A stretch of 64,000 nucleotides of DNA from Nitrospirae bacterium MYbin3 (GTDB lineage Bacteria; Nitrospirota; Thermodesulfovibrionia; Thermodesulfovibrionales; Dissulfurispiraceae). Each line of letters opens with the position of its first letter. The first letter of the stretch is position 1. Of the stretch, positions 47,753 to 57,726 are shown one piece after another. Below the pieces are notes generated by a model. It was not told where the DNA came from and searched no databases. It saw only the letters and a list, made by a program, of their open reading frames with translations. The DNA is taken from positions 1 through 64,000 of the forward strand of contig PEAD01000010.1 in NCBI GenBank assembly GCA_002753335.1, read 5' to 3'. Both the position numbers and the translations under genes were made by a program.

Positions 47753-49170
47753 ACATATTACTGATAAACCCTCCAGTTCACCATGAAATTAGAGGCCCGC
47801 ATCCTTTTAAAGCGAAGGACATGGGCATATTTCCGCATCTGGGTTTGATGTATATAGCCACAGTGCTTAAACAAAACGATGAGTTTCAGGTAAAGCTTGT
47901 AGATATGGCTTTGGAGCAGACTGAGTTGCCACAAATTATAGAAACCTTCAAATCTTTCGCACCAAAGGTAGTTGGAATATCATCTTATACAGACTGCCTT
48001 TATGATTTGTATGAGCTTGTGAAAATGCTCAGACAAACCTCCAGAGATGTTGTGATTTGTATAGGAGGACCACATGTTGAGGTTTACGCTAATGAAACAT
48101 TGGAAAGCTTCCCTGTGGATTGCATTATACGCGGCGATGGAGAATATGCCTTTCGGGAACTTTGCCGCCGAGTGCGTGATTCAAAAAGCTGGACTGATGT
48201 ACTGGGGATTGGATATAGAAAAGATAATATCAATCACCTAAATACCCCGTGGCAGGTGGAGAATCTGGATAATCTCCTGTTTCCCGAAAGGTCAATGTCA
48301 ACCTTGTCGAGCGTAAAATCTGCAGTGTCAAGGGGGGCTGCAATTACAAGTATTTGTTCCAGCCGCGGATGTCCATATCAGTGCACGTTCTGCAACAGTC
48401 CTTACAAAATCCATCGTATGCGTTCTGCACATAATGTTGTTGCAGAAATCGACTACTGTTACCAGACATATGGAATACATGAGTTTTTCTTTTTTGATGA
48501 CCTCTTTAATTTTAATACAGGCCGCCTTTCAGAAATTTGTGATGCAATAAATAACTTGTCCTATAAAATAACATGGAGCTTCAGGGGCAGGGTCAACCAT
48601 CTTGATGAAGAGATACTGCTGACATGCAAAAACGCCGGCTGCATAAGAATTCACTTCGGAGTGGAAGCCGGAACTGAACGGATGCTGAAAATTTACAAAA
48701 AAAGAATAAATCTGGAAGAAATAAAAAATATCTTCGCTATCTGCCGGAAGATAGGAATAGAGACTGTCGGAAATTTTATTATCGGTGGACCTACGGAAAC
48801 CAAGCAAGAAATCGAAACAACAATCAAATTCAGTATCGCCCTGAATCCAACCTACGTTGAATACCATGTGCTAGTGCCATATCCTTATACAGAAATTTAC
48901 AAGGATATGCTGGCAAAAAAATTGTTGCAAAATGACATTTGGAAACAGTATGCACTGCATCCACAACGTAACTTTGATCCTCCTCTTTGTGAGGATACAA
49001 TGACCAGAGATGAATTATACAAATTGCTGAATACAGCATATAAAAGATTCTATTTCAGAGGAACTTATATACTCAAACAGATGTTGATGCTGTCAAGCCT
49101 CAAAGACCTCTTAATTAAAATTAACGGTGCCTTCAAATTAGCATTGATTGTGCTAAAAAAGAGAACATAA
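47749..49170 (+). CDS. B12-binding radical SAM protein
   Basis: P.LGL.YIA, GGPH, GDGE, SRGCPYQCTFC, FDD.F, GVE.G, FIIG.P.ET. Confidence 0.88.
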   Translation: MNILLINPPVHHEIRGPHPFKAKDMGIFPHLGLMYIATVLKQNDEFQVKLVDMALEQTELPQIIETFKSFAPKVVGISSYTDCLYDLYELVKMLRQTSRDVVICIGGPHVEVYANETLESFPVDCIIRGDGEYAFRELCRRVRDSKSWTDVLGIGYRKDNINHLNTPWQVENLDNLLFPERSMSTLSSVKSAVSRGAAITSICSSRGCPYQCTFCNSPYKIHRMRSAHNVVAEIDYCYQTYGIHEFFFFDDLFNFNTGRLSEICDAINNLSYKITWSFRGRVNHLDEEILLTCKNAGCIRIHFGVEAGTERMLKIYKKRINLEEIKNIFAICRKIGIETVGNFIIGGPTETKQEIETTIKFSIALNPTYVEYHVLVPYPYTEIYKDMLAKKLLQNDIWKQYALHPQRNFDPPLCEDTMTRDELYKLLNTAYKRFYFRGTYILKQMLMLSSLKDLLIKINGAFKLALIVLKKRT

Positions 49171-49185
49171 AAATGAAAAATCTTC

Positions 49186-50202
49186 TCAATCTAGCAACTT
49201 CATGTCATGCTCAACCATAATTCGGACTATGTCCCGAAACGAAGTGCGAGGACTCCAGCCCAGCTTTTCCCTTGCCTTTGAATAGTCGCCCCTCACAACA
49301 TCCACCTCGGTAGGCCTGAAGAAATCAGGATTAACCTTAACCACCACCTTTCCGGAAGCCTTGTCAATACCTTTTTCTTGAATGCCTCTCCCCTCCCAGC
49401 CAATCTCTATGCCGACAATACTGAATGCTGTTTCCACAAACTCCTTTATGCTATGCGTCTCGCCGGTGGCCACCACATAGTCATCAGGCTCGGACTGCTG
49501 CATCATAAGCCACATCGCCTCCGCATATTCAGGGGCGTATCCCCAGTCGCGTCTTGCCTCAAGATTACCGAGGTCGATATGGTCCTGCAATCCATGTTTA
49601 ATGCGGGCCACCGAATACGTAATCTTTCTCGTCACGAAATCGAGCTCCCTGAGCGGAGATTCATGGTTGAACAGGAGGCCTGAACATATGAACATCTTGT
49701 ATGCCTCTCTGAAATTTACGGCCATCCAGTAACCGAACAGCTTGGATGCTGCATAGGGACTCCTTGGATAAAACGGTGTCAGCTCTGTCTGCGGAGTTTC
49801 CCTTACCTTGCCGAACATTTCGCTCGTAGAGGCCTGATAAAATTTGACCGGCTTATCAAGAACCCTTATAGCTTCAATAACCCGCAAAGAGCCCATGCCG
49901 GTAACATCAGCCGTAAATAAAGGCTGCTCAAATGAAAGCGCTACAGAGCTCTGGGCTCCAAGGTTATAGATTTCGTCAGGCATAGATTTTTTTATGACGT
50001 AGAGAATATTTGTAAATTCGAGAAGCTCAACAGGCACAAACTTGATACTGTCAGCTATTCCGAGAGTTGCAAGGTTATGAGGGCTGCTGTCTAGCCTCTT
50101 TCTCAGAGCTCCGTAAACCTCGTAGCCCTTTTCGAGAAGAAGTCTGCTCAAATAAGCACCGTCCTGTCCGGTTATTCCTATAATAAGAGCCTTTTTTGCC
50201 AT
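49186..50202 (-). CDS. gmd: GDP-mannose 4,6-dehydratase
   Basis: GITGQDGAYL, YQASTSEMFG, PRSPYAASK, FNHESP.R, FVTRKIT, RDWG. Start adjusted to 50202. Confidence 0.93.
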   Translation of the reverse strand: MAKKALIIGITGQDGAYLSRLLLEKGYEVYGALRKRLDSSPHNLATLGIADSIKFVPVELLEFTNILYVIKKSMPDEIYNLGAQSSVALSFEQPLFTADVTGMGSLRVIEAIRVLDKPVKFYQASTSEMFGKVRETPQTELTPFYPRSPYAASKLFGYWMAVNFREAYKMFICSGLLFNHESPLRELDFVTRKITYSVARIKHGLQDHIDLGNLEARRDWGYAPEYAEAMWLMMQQSEPDDYVVATGETHSIKEFVETAFSIVGIEIGWEGRGIQEKGIDKASGKVVVKVNPDFFRPTEVDVVRGDYSKAREKLGWSPRTSFRDIVRIMVEHDMKLLD

Positions 50203-50284
50203 GATATCCTCCCCATACAATTAGATAACAAGAAATTATAGCTGACAATAATGAAGAAATGAAAAAAATATTTAATGTGATAAA

Positions 50285-52327
50285 ATGATTGGAACCAAAA
50301 TGAGATTTGAAAAGATAAATTTTATCTGCACCGTATTTCTCAGCGCTTTTTTGCTATTTCAGGTACAGCCTGTTATTGCAAAGGCGATACTACCGCTATT
50401 CGGTGGCGCTGCTGCAGTTTGGATCACATGTATGATCTTTTTCCAAACCCTTCTCCTTTTAGGTTATCTATACGCCCACTGGTCGGTCAGCAGGCTTACA
50501 CCAAAACATCAGGCGATAACGCATTCATCGCTCATAGCTCTGAGCCTTTTATCCCTTCCTCTCAGCACCGGAACTGCCGAAATTTTTCCGATAGCAGAAA
50601 GCCCGTTATTACAGATACTATTAATACTTCTTATTTCTGTAGGACTGCCTTATTTTTTGCTTTCATCAACGAGCCCACTCATGCAGGCATGGCATGCGCG
50701 CACACATCCCGGAGCAGGAACTTACCGGCTCTTTGCCCTCTCGAACATGGCTTCGCTTTTCGGGCTGCTGGCATATCCTTTTATTATAGAACCCTACTTC
50801 TCTCTGAAAAATCAGTTGCTGTGGTGGTCAGCAGCATATATACTGTTTTCTGTTGCATCTGTATTTATTAATTTCGGAGAATTTAGAAGAACCTTACAGA
50901 ATGCTCCCAACAAAAATATTTTGGAAACAGAAAGAGGAGCAGCCCCTTCGTTCCACAATAAAGCCCTCTGGTTGTTGCTTGCCGGATGCGCGTCTGCCCT
51001 GTTTCTTTCGGTTACAAGCTATCTTACCCAAAATGTGGCGCCAGCCCCCTTTCTATGGATACTGCCGCTTTCGATATACCTTTTAAGCTTTGTCCTATGC
51101 TTTGACAGAGACGGCTGGTACCGCAGAGGCATTTATGTATGGCTTACAGCCTTTGCTTTAACTGCTATGTCCTACGCCTTGGTGGAATGGGGCCATACAA
51201 CAGATATAAAGTTTGTAATCTCTTTTTTTTGCTGCGGCCTTTTTATCTGCTGCATGTTTTGTCATGGAGAACTGGCAGCCCGCAGACCTGCTCCAAAATA
51301 TCTCACAGTTTTTTATCTGATGATTTCGGCAGGCGGCGCTCTCGGCGGAATTTTTGTAGGGCTGCTTGCGCCTAAGCTTTTCTCTTATTACTTCGAGTTC
51401 CCCATAATGCTGACCGTATGCGGAGCGCTACTTTTTTCAGTTAATTACCGCAGATGGCGGATTGCGGATATTGTATGTTTTGCGGTAATAATTCGCTTAG
51501 TCGCCGCAACAGCCATATACATGTATTCTTATTCTGACAACACAATCCTGATGCTGCGTAATTTTTACGGCACGCACCGAATAACAGAATACAATAAAGG
51601 CACAGCCGATGAGTATCGCATCCTGGTGCACGGCGCCATAACTCATGGTGTGCAATTTACGGCGCCGGACAGGCGTAGTGAAAAGAATGGCTATTATGCA
51701 GAATCATCAGGCATAGGAACCGTTTTAAGACTCTTGCCTGAAAGCGCAAGACGAATAGGAATTATAGGCCTCGGTTCAGGCATACTCGCTGCCTACGGGC
51801 AAAGCGGGGACATTTATCGTTTCTATGAGATTGACAGGCAGGTCATAACCCTTGCCGCCACCGAGTTCAGCTTCCTGTCCGACTCCCATGCACAAATCGA
51901 TATCATTGAGGGTGACGGACGGCTTTCGCTCAGTCGGGAACCTAAGCAGAAATATGACCTGTTGATTGCTGATGCCTTTTCCGGAGATTCTGTGCCGGTC
52001 CATTTGCTTACACTCGATGCTGTAAAGCTTTACTTCAGCCATCTGAAACCAGATGGAATTTTAGCATTACATATAACCAATAGAAATCTCGATTTTTCAT
52101 TTATGATAGAACGCATAAGCACAGCATTAGGCAAGCATGCCGTTATTGTAAGCAGCGCCGAAGAACCTGACCGTAAAATTTATGAGACTGATTGGGTACT
52201 TATGTTTTCAGACAGCAGCATGTTTGAAACTCACGAAATAAAAAGAATCGGCAAAAAAATTACGGCAAAACCGGGAGTACGGCTCTGGACAGACGATTAC
52301 AGCAGTTTATTTCAGGTATTAAAATAG
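50285..52327 (+). CDS. Membrane protein fused to a spermidine synthase-like methyltransferase domain
   Basis: SAFLLF.VQP, GG...VW, HGEL...RP, NFYG, IGLG.G, YEID, GDGR, DAFS.D.VP.HLLT, WTDD.S. Confidence 0.8.
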   Translation: MIGTKMRFEKINFICTVFLSAFLLFQVQPVIAKAILPLFGGAAAVWITCMIFFQTLLLLGYLYAHWSVSRLTPKHQAITHSSLIALSLLSLPLSTGTAEIFPIAESPLLQILLILLISVGLPYFLLSSTSPLMQAWHARTHPGAGTYRLFALSNMASLFGLLAYPFIIEPYFSLKNQLLWWSAAYILFSVASVFINFGEFRRTLQNAPNKNILETERGAAPSFHNKALWLLLAGCASALFLSVTSYLTQNVAPAPFLWILPLSIYLLSFVLCFDRDGWYRRGIYVWLTAFALTAMSYALVEWGHTTDIKFVISFFCCGLFICCMFCHGELAARRPAPKYLTVFYLMISAGGALGGIFVGLLAPKLFSYYFEFPIMLTVCGALLFSVNYRRWRIADIVCFAVIIRLVAATAIYMYSYSDNTILMLRNFYGTHRITEYNKGTADEYRILVHGAITHGVQFTAPDRRSEKNGYYAESSGIGTVLRLLPESARRIGIIGLGSGILAAYGQSGDIYRFYEIDRQVITLAATEFSFLSDSHAQIDIIEGDGRLSLSREPKQKYDLLIADAFSGDSVPVHLLTLDAVKLYFSHLKPDGILALHITNRNLDFSFMIERISTALGKHAVIVSSAEEPDRKIYETDWVLMFSDSSMFETHEIKRIGKKITAKPGVRLWTDDYSSLFQVLK

Positions 52328-52373
52328 CTCAATTTACAGAATTCGCTAATTCCGATACAGTTCCCAGAACAAA

Positions 52374-53405
52374 TCAAACCTTGCTAAATCTGGAACTCAA
52401 AAAAAACAGTTTATATGCCGGAAGAAGAATGGTTCTTGGGGTTAATAATATGGGCACAATAAAATACCAAAAGAGAGGAAATGTCTTATAGTGACGGTAT
52501 AAAAGCCTAAAAATCCGGATATAAAACCCAGCGCTAAATTCATGCTTTATTTTGCTTCCAAGCAAAAGCACATAAACGCTTTTCCTAAGCATTACGGCTT
52601 TAAAATGGCTGACAATTCCATTCTCTCCAAAAACATCTCTCACCATGCCTGGGAAATACTCGACATCAATGCAAAACCTGTGATACCTGCCATCTTCATC
52701 CTGCCACGCAGGAGACGATGCCCCTACCCTTAAGGCGATCAGCTGCACCCCCAAGTAACCTGCTATCTTTGAGCGTTTTAATATCGACAACAGAACCGCA
52801 GTATGCATACTCTCGGACTGTTTATACCGTTCAAAAATACTTCCCGAAAAAGAAGCGTTCCATAAGTCTTTTTTGAATACGGCGGTCGCAACATGTGTGA
52901 AAAAGGCATTAGGGTGCTGTGCTGATTTAAGATAGTCTTCATAATTATTGTATTTGCCCTTAGGCTCTTTAAGAAGAAAATTCTGGTCTTTCATCATATA
53001 TTTTGGTGTATCATTTTCGTCTATATAAAAAAAGTGGTTGATTAATGTTATATCGGCATCACTTTCTTTAAGCTGGCGGATCAGTTGAACCAAACTGCCT
53101 GTTATGTATTCATCGTCGCCCAACACCCAACAATACCTTCCTTCGGCATACTCCATACATCTTAACAACCCGCGTATGAAACAGATGTTTTCGCTTTCCC
53201 TCAATATCCGAAGGGGCAGCCTTTTCTCAAACAGCATTAATTGTTCATATGTGTCGTCTGTGGAGCCGTTATCAAGAACGATGACTTCAACCTTCTCGTC
53301 TCCTTTGCAGTCAGTCAAAGCATCTTCGATGCTCTTCAGGCACTGTTTTAAATAAGAGGACCGGTTCCATGTAGTAATACCAATGGACAGAAATATATCA
53401 CTCAT
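52374..53405 (-). CDS. GT2 glycosyltransferase (RfbV/dideoxyhexose transferase-like)
   Basis: I.T.NR, DNGSTD, G.YCW.LGDD. Start adjusted behind a GGAGG RBS. Confidence 0.8.
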   Translation of the reverse strand: MSDIFLSIGITTWNRSSYLKQCLKSIEDALTDCKGDEKVEVIVLDNGSTDDTYEQLMLFEKRLPLRILRESENICFIRGLLRCMEYAEGRYCWVLGDDEYITGSLVQLIRQLKESDADITLINHFFYIDENDTPKYMMKDQNFLLKEPKGKYNNYEDYLKSAQHPNAFFTHVATAVFKKDLWNASFSGSIFERYKQSESMHTAVLLSILKRSKIAGYLGVQLIALRVGASSPAWQDEDGRYHRFCIDVEYFPGMVRDVFGENGIVSHFKAVMLRKSVYVLLLGSKIKHEFSAGFYIRIFRLLYRHYKTFPLFWYFIVPILLTPRTILLPAYKLFFLSSRFSKV

Positions 53406-54561
53406 GAGCAGCCCCTCCTGCAACAGCATAAAGAACGGTTTCGCTGACAAAGCTTGTATAGTTCCTCAAATAGAATTTATAGCCAAGCCCAAGATTATGA
53501 ATATAAAGGGGTATCTCCCAGAGATGATTAGGTGCATGGTAAACGCAAATTGCCAAATCCGGAAGACTTGCCTTGATTGTATTTTCGGCTCCTCTCAGCG
53601 CTTCAAGTTCGGCCCCTTCTATGTCCATGCATATAAAAGACGGATCAAACCCGTAAAGGATATTATCTATCGAAACAGCTTGCACCCATGGACCGTCCGA
53701 TGCAATAATCCTTGAGCCGAAACCAGTATCAGAGCATCTGAAAGCCAGTTTTGCTTCGCGGCTGTAAACAGCGCATGGCAGTACCGTTATGCGCCGGGCT
53801 ATGCTGTCTTTGTTTGCAGACAGATACTCTGCAGCCTGTTTGAATTGATCAGGATGGGGCTCTATACAAACGAGTTCATCAACCTTCCCGACCCGACCCA
53901 GTACACTTCTAAGTTCCCCGACGCTTGTTCCGCAATATATGAAACGTGAATAACCGCGCCCAAACCGGATTCCTTCGGGAGCATACTGTTCATGCCTGTC
54001 GCGCATCGGTATCTCAACCGGTTTTCTCTGCATATGAGTCTGCATGCAACGCATATAAACCTCTTTGCTCTCTTCGTCGCACACCAGATCCAGGCCTGCC
54101 TCTATCTTATCCCTTTGTGCGGCGTAATAACGGAACCCAGTCTCATAGAGCTCCTCCGGTAAACAAAATGTATTGTGTATTTCATAAATGTCTCTCAGGG
54201 AAATAATCCGGCGGAATCCCATCCTGCTGAAAGTCTGAAAAACTTCCTCAAAGATAAACTGTTTGCCAAGGCAAACAACAACAATGCTGTTCTGTTTTTC
54301 GTCCTCGGATGGTTTGTACTCTATTGGTGAACAGGCCGGTATTCCCTCGAAAGTATCACCGGCCTTGAACTTTCTGTCCAACACAACAGATGGAATGTAT
54401 CCGTACTGCCTCATCACAACCTCTTTGAAATAATGAAAGGACTCCCCGGCGCCATATACTATAAGCTTCCGACCCCTGAATTCCCTGTCCATATAAAAGG
54501 CGTCTTCAGAAAATGCATCCGGTTCAAATAGCTTAGAAATCATACTCTGATACTTATCCAT
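53398..54561 (-). CDS. FkbM-family methyltransferase with N-terminal Rossmann-like accessory domain
   Basis: MDIEGAE..AL.GA..TI....P.LAICVYH; N-terminal IVYGAG...D....FEGIP..SP. Confidence 0.82.
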   Translation of the reverse strand: MDKYQSMISKLFEPDAFSEDAFYMDREFRGRKLIVYGAGESFHYFKEVVMRQYGYIPSVVLDRKFKAGDTFEGIPACSPIEYKPSEDEKQNSIVVVCLGKQFIFEEVFQTFSRMGFRRIISLRDIYEIHNTFCLPEELYETGFRYYAAQRDKIEAGLDLVCDEESKEVYMRCMQTHMQRKPVEIPMRDRHEQYAPEGIRFGRGYSRFIYCGTSVGELRSVLGRVGKVDELVCIEPHPDQFKQAAEYLSANKDSIARRITVLPCAVYSREAKLAFRCSDTGFGSRIIASDGPWVQAVSIDNILYGFDPSFICMDIEGAELEALRGAENTIKASLPDLAICVYHAPNHLWEIPLYIHNLGLGYKFYLRNYTSFVSETVLYAVAGGAAHE

Positions 54562-54593
54562 CAATGCGCCCCTTGTCTCTCGTCAACGGCCGT

Positions 54594-56462
54594 TCAAAGT
54601 ATAACAATTTCATTGTTTATGCCCAAGCGGCGAATATTCAGTTCCACCTGCTCCGGACAGGAGGCGTGAAGAACTACTATTTTCCCTCCAAAATCTCCGA
54701 ACTCCTCCGGAGAATGGATAATCCTTCCACAAAACAGCTGCCCCTTTTTTGAAGGGTCTCCATCTATGATCATCTTTATATTGGCTTTGCCCATGCATGT
54801 GCCTGAAAGCAACTGAAGAGCTCTAAGTCCGGCGCACCAAATGACAATCGGATCCTGCGAATCGACCAGCTTTTGAGCCACAGCCTCTTCATCCTCCATC
54901 AAAAAGGCCTCTCTCACCATATAATAAGCGCCTTCTCCATCAGGAAGAACCGGTGAAAGATAGCGGACAGTCTTTAATTCATTGGCCGACTGGCCATATG
55001 ATACTACTTCAAAAAGCATATGATCATATCGCGCACCGCAATTTTCAGCAGCTACGGTGAGTTCGAGAGTTGCCGCCGCTTCTTCGAGCGGACCGAACAA
55101 GATGTCCAAATTGCCGTCTCCGCGATCACGGCACCAGACTGCACGATAAACGATTTCCCCTGAAACAAACGGCAGCCTGATTTCGATACCGGTTCCTGCA
55201 CTGATGAAAATGCCCTTCACTTCTTCGTCAAAGGAAAGCCAGAACTTCCTCAAATAAGCGCTTTTGTCTTTTTGAGAAAGTTTATGGAACAGTTGATAAA
55301 TCAGTTCATCTGTTTGTGGTACGAATCTATCGTAAGAAATTGCATCCGCTTTTTGCATTATGCTTTTATAAAGAAATTTGTACTCCCATACACCGGAGAG
55401 CGGATTCTCTGCCTTCATGCGGCGCGGCAGGTCATAAAATACTTCCCTGACATGAAGGGTCTGTGAAACAGGCATGTCGGATATCTTCTTGACGCAGCCT
55501 TTTTTGGAAGAGATTGAGCCGGGCATAACAAAAAGTGCGCTCAAATGAACAAACATATTGTTGGCAGCTGCGAACCTGAACAACCCCTCCAGCTTATCCA
55601 CAACCATATCGGTCACCGTAACATTAAAGGCAAGTTTAGGATCCTTCCCCGGGTCGCCGGAGAACCTTTCCCTCAACCGACGAATATTGTCGAGCAATAT
55701 TGGAAGCCTTCCCCCTTTTCGCAGCCACGAATAGGTTTGCTCGTCAAGTGTATCGCAACTTACATGCACCAGATCGAACCGCGACAACATGTCCAGTTCT
55801 GAATCTTTGAATTCCCTGCCAAAGTTTGAGATGAGCCTGAGCCTCAATTGCGGGTGCCTCTGCATAATAATGCCGCACACCCTCTGCCACTCCGGATAAG
55901 CGGTCAATTCTCCAATGCCGCAAAAATTAAATATCTTAAGCCCCCGGCTGCAAAGAAAATCTATAAACTCTAAGAAATGGTCACGATCCATTTCGGCTCG
56001 ATAATAACCTGCATGTCCACCTTCTCCTGAATGTGCGCAATAAACACATGAGAAGTTGCATCTGTTTGTGATATTCCCACCGCCTTCACTAAATGCATAC
56101 ACTGTTGCAAGCTCGGCTCCCACAGCATTAATGCCTTGGCTTTCGAGATGATCGATAACCTTCTTCTGTAGCTCTTCAGTAGTTATGTCCTCTTCATAGA
56201 CAGATCGGCAGGATATGCAGGGGGCCGGCAATTCTCCGGTCAACAAGCCGTTGCGCAGCCTCCGGTAGTCTTCATTCAGGAAAAGTCCTATGAAGCCCCC
56301 CTTCTGCACAGCATCAAAGTAATCGGTATTAATATTTCCGAAATTGCCTTTCATCGTCCCGCTGCAGCAAGGAGAGATATTTCCTGTAGCATCGAACTGA
56401 ACAGTCCTCCATGGTTCGATGCAGTTTCTTGTTTTCTTTAGATGTCCGTTCATTCCGTCCAT
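54594..56462 (-). CDS. Radical SAM protein with N-terminal SPASM/Twitch-like and C-terminal Rossmann-like domains
   Basis: CNFSCVYC; N-terminal CIEPW...PCC...GNI...CISC; C-terminal IWCAG...DGDP.K.G. Start adjusted to ATG 56462. Confidence 0.8.
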   Translation of the reverse strand: MDGMNGHLKKTRNCIEPWRTVQFDATGNISPCCSGTMKGNFGNINTDYFDAVQKGGFIGLFLNEDYRRLRNGLLTGELPAPCISCRSVYEEDITTEELQKKVIDHLESQGINAVGAELATVYAFSEGGGNITNRCNFSCVYCAHSGEGGHAGYYRAEMDRDHFLEFIDFLCSRGLKIFNFCGIGELTAYPEWQRVCGIIMQRHPQLRLRLISNFGREFKDSELDMLSRFDLVHVSCDTLDEQTYSWLRKGGRLPILLDNIRRLRERFSGDPGKDPKLAFNVTVTDMVVDKLEGLFRFAAANNMFVHLSALFVMPGSISSKKGCVKKISDMPVSQTLHVREVFYDLPRRMKAENPLSGVWEYKFLYKSIMQKADAISYDRFVPQTDELIYQLFHKLSQKDKSAYLRKFWLSFDEEVKGIFISAGTGIEIRLPFVSGEIVYRAVWCRDRGDGNLDILFGPLEEAAATLELTVAAENCGARYDHMLFEVVSYGQSANELKTVRYLSPVLPDGEGAYYMVREAFLMEDEEAVAQKLVDSQDPIVIWCAGLRALQLLSGTCMGKANIKMIIDGDPSKKGQLFCGRIIHSPEEFGDFGGKIVVLHASCPEQVELNIRRLGINNEIVIL

Positions 56463-56476
56463 ATTTCCTGACAAAC

Positions 56477-57721
56477 TCACCTTGGCAGCTGTATAGCCGG
56501 AGGCACCAATGTGCCGCCCTCGGGATCGCAATAATCGCATGCGCTTATCGCTTGCTCCCTTGTCAGAAAGGCACGGATGTCAGATGTGAGGCCGCTTTCG
56601 GACCTGCCAGATCCATGCAGCCGAACAAAATCGGCCGTGTTTAGGGGCACCAATCCCTGACGGCCGCCGTGCGCCGATAATGGACATCTATGCAGTTCGC
56701 CATCCATTATCTGACAACATATCTTGCCCGATACGCACTTTTTGTAAAGTTCTTTATTGATTGCCGCAGGACGGGCATGCTTATTATATGGCGATGATTG
56801 AATCCACATTTCGGTCGGCAGGCAGAACATAACGTCGGAATAGATATTGTGCCTGCCAAAAGCCTCAAACAGTGCGTCCTGCTTTCGTGAAAGGGGCCCG
56901 TAACCACCGCTTTGGTGTACATCCGCACCGCATGAGGATAACACACGCAATGTATCTTCAGAGGGCATAATCGTACCGTTCGTAACAAAACTGATAAAAA
57001 TAATGTTAGGGATCGCTGCAGCCTGTAAGCAGATATCCTTGAGGTAAGGATGAAGAAACGGCTCTCCGCCGTGAAAACTTATTTCCGGAACAACATCAAA
57101 CGCCTCGGCATATCGGGTGAGATCATCGATAACGGACTCCGCCGAAAAATGAACTGGATTCTCATAATACGGTATCAATTGGGCGCAATCACGGCATCGC
57201 AATGAGCATTTTTGTGTAATAACGCTTGTTACGAAAGGGGAGACAAAATAGTTTTTCTTTGTATAGCCATAGTGTGTCGCACCTTCTTCGTAATTTTCGA
57301 AAAGGATCTGAATGCTCCGCGCCAGTTTCTCTTCGTCGCATATCCGGCCCGCGACCTCAACTAAAAATACGAAAAAAAAGGCGGCAGTGTCATAATGTAT
57401 TTTCCTGAAGTTAAGCAGTTGAAAATGTTTTTTAATCGAACGGGCGGTATCAGGCACAAATAGACCAAGGAATACCCTGCCCCCTGGGAATCTCCGGGCA
57501 ATCTCCTCTGGTGACAATACCTGGCAATTATAATATGTTTTCTGTTTAGCCGGATCGTTATCTGAAAATGCTGTGACAGACACTTTGTGATATTCCAACA
57601 CCTTCATGATGTGCCATCCCGCACGCCCGGCACCGAATATAACGACCGGCTCGCCGGAAACCTTAATCTCCTCGATATATGAAGATACCCTTTGCTTATA
57701 TTGTTCCGCTATATCAGGCAT
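56477..57721 (-). CDS. Radical SAM protein with N-terminal Rossmann-like domain
   Basis: CSLRCRDC, GGEPFL, TNGT, C-terminal Cys cluster ending CDYC; N-terminal IFGAG.AG...DNDP.K. Confidence 0.82.
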   Translation of the reverse strand: MPDIAEQYKQRVSSYIEEIKVSGEPVVIFGAGRAGWHIMKVLEYHKVSVTAFSDNDPAKQKTYYNCQVLSPEEIARRFPGGRVFLGLFVPDTARSIKKHFQLLNFRKIHYDTAAFFFVFLVEVAGRICDEEKLARSIQILFENYEEGATHYGYTKKNYFVSPFVTSVITQKCSLRCRDCAQLIPYYENPVHFSAESVIDDLTRYAEAFDVVPEISFHGGEPFLHPYLKDICLQAAAIPNIIFISFVTNGTIMPSEDTLRVLSSCGADVHQSGGYGPLSRKQDALFEAFGRHNIYSDVMFCLPTEMWIQSSPYNKHARPAAINKELYKKCVSGKICCQIMDGELHRCPLSAHGGRQGLVPLNTADFVRLHGSGRSESGLTSDIRAFLTREQAISACDYCDPEGGTLVPPAIQLPR

Positions 57722-57726
57722 TAGGT

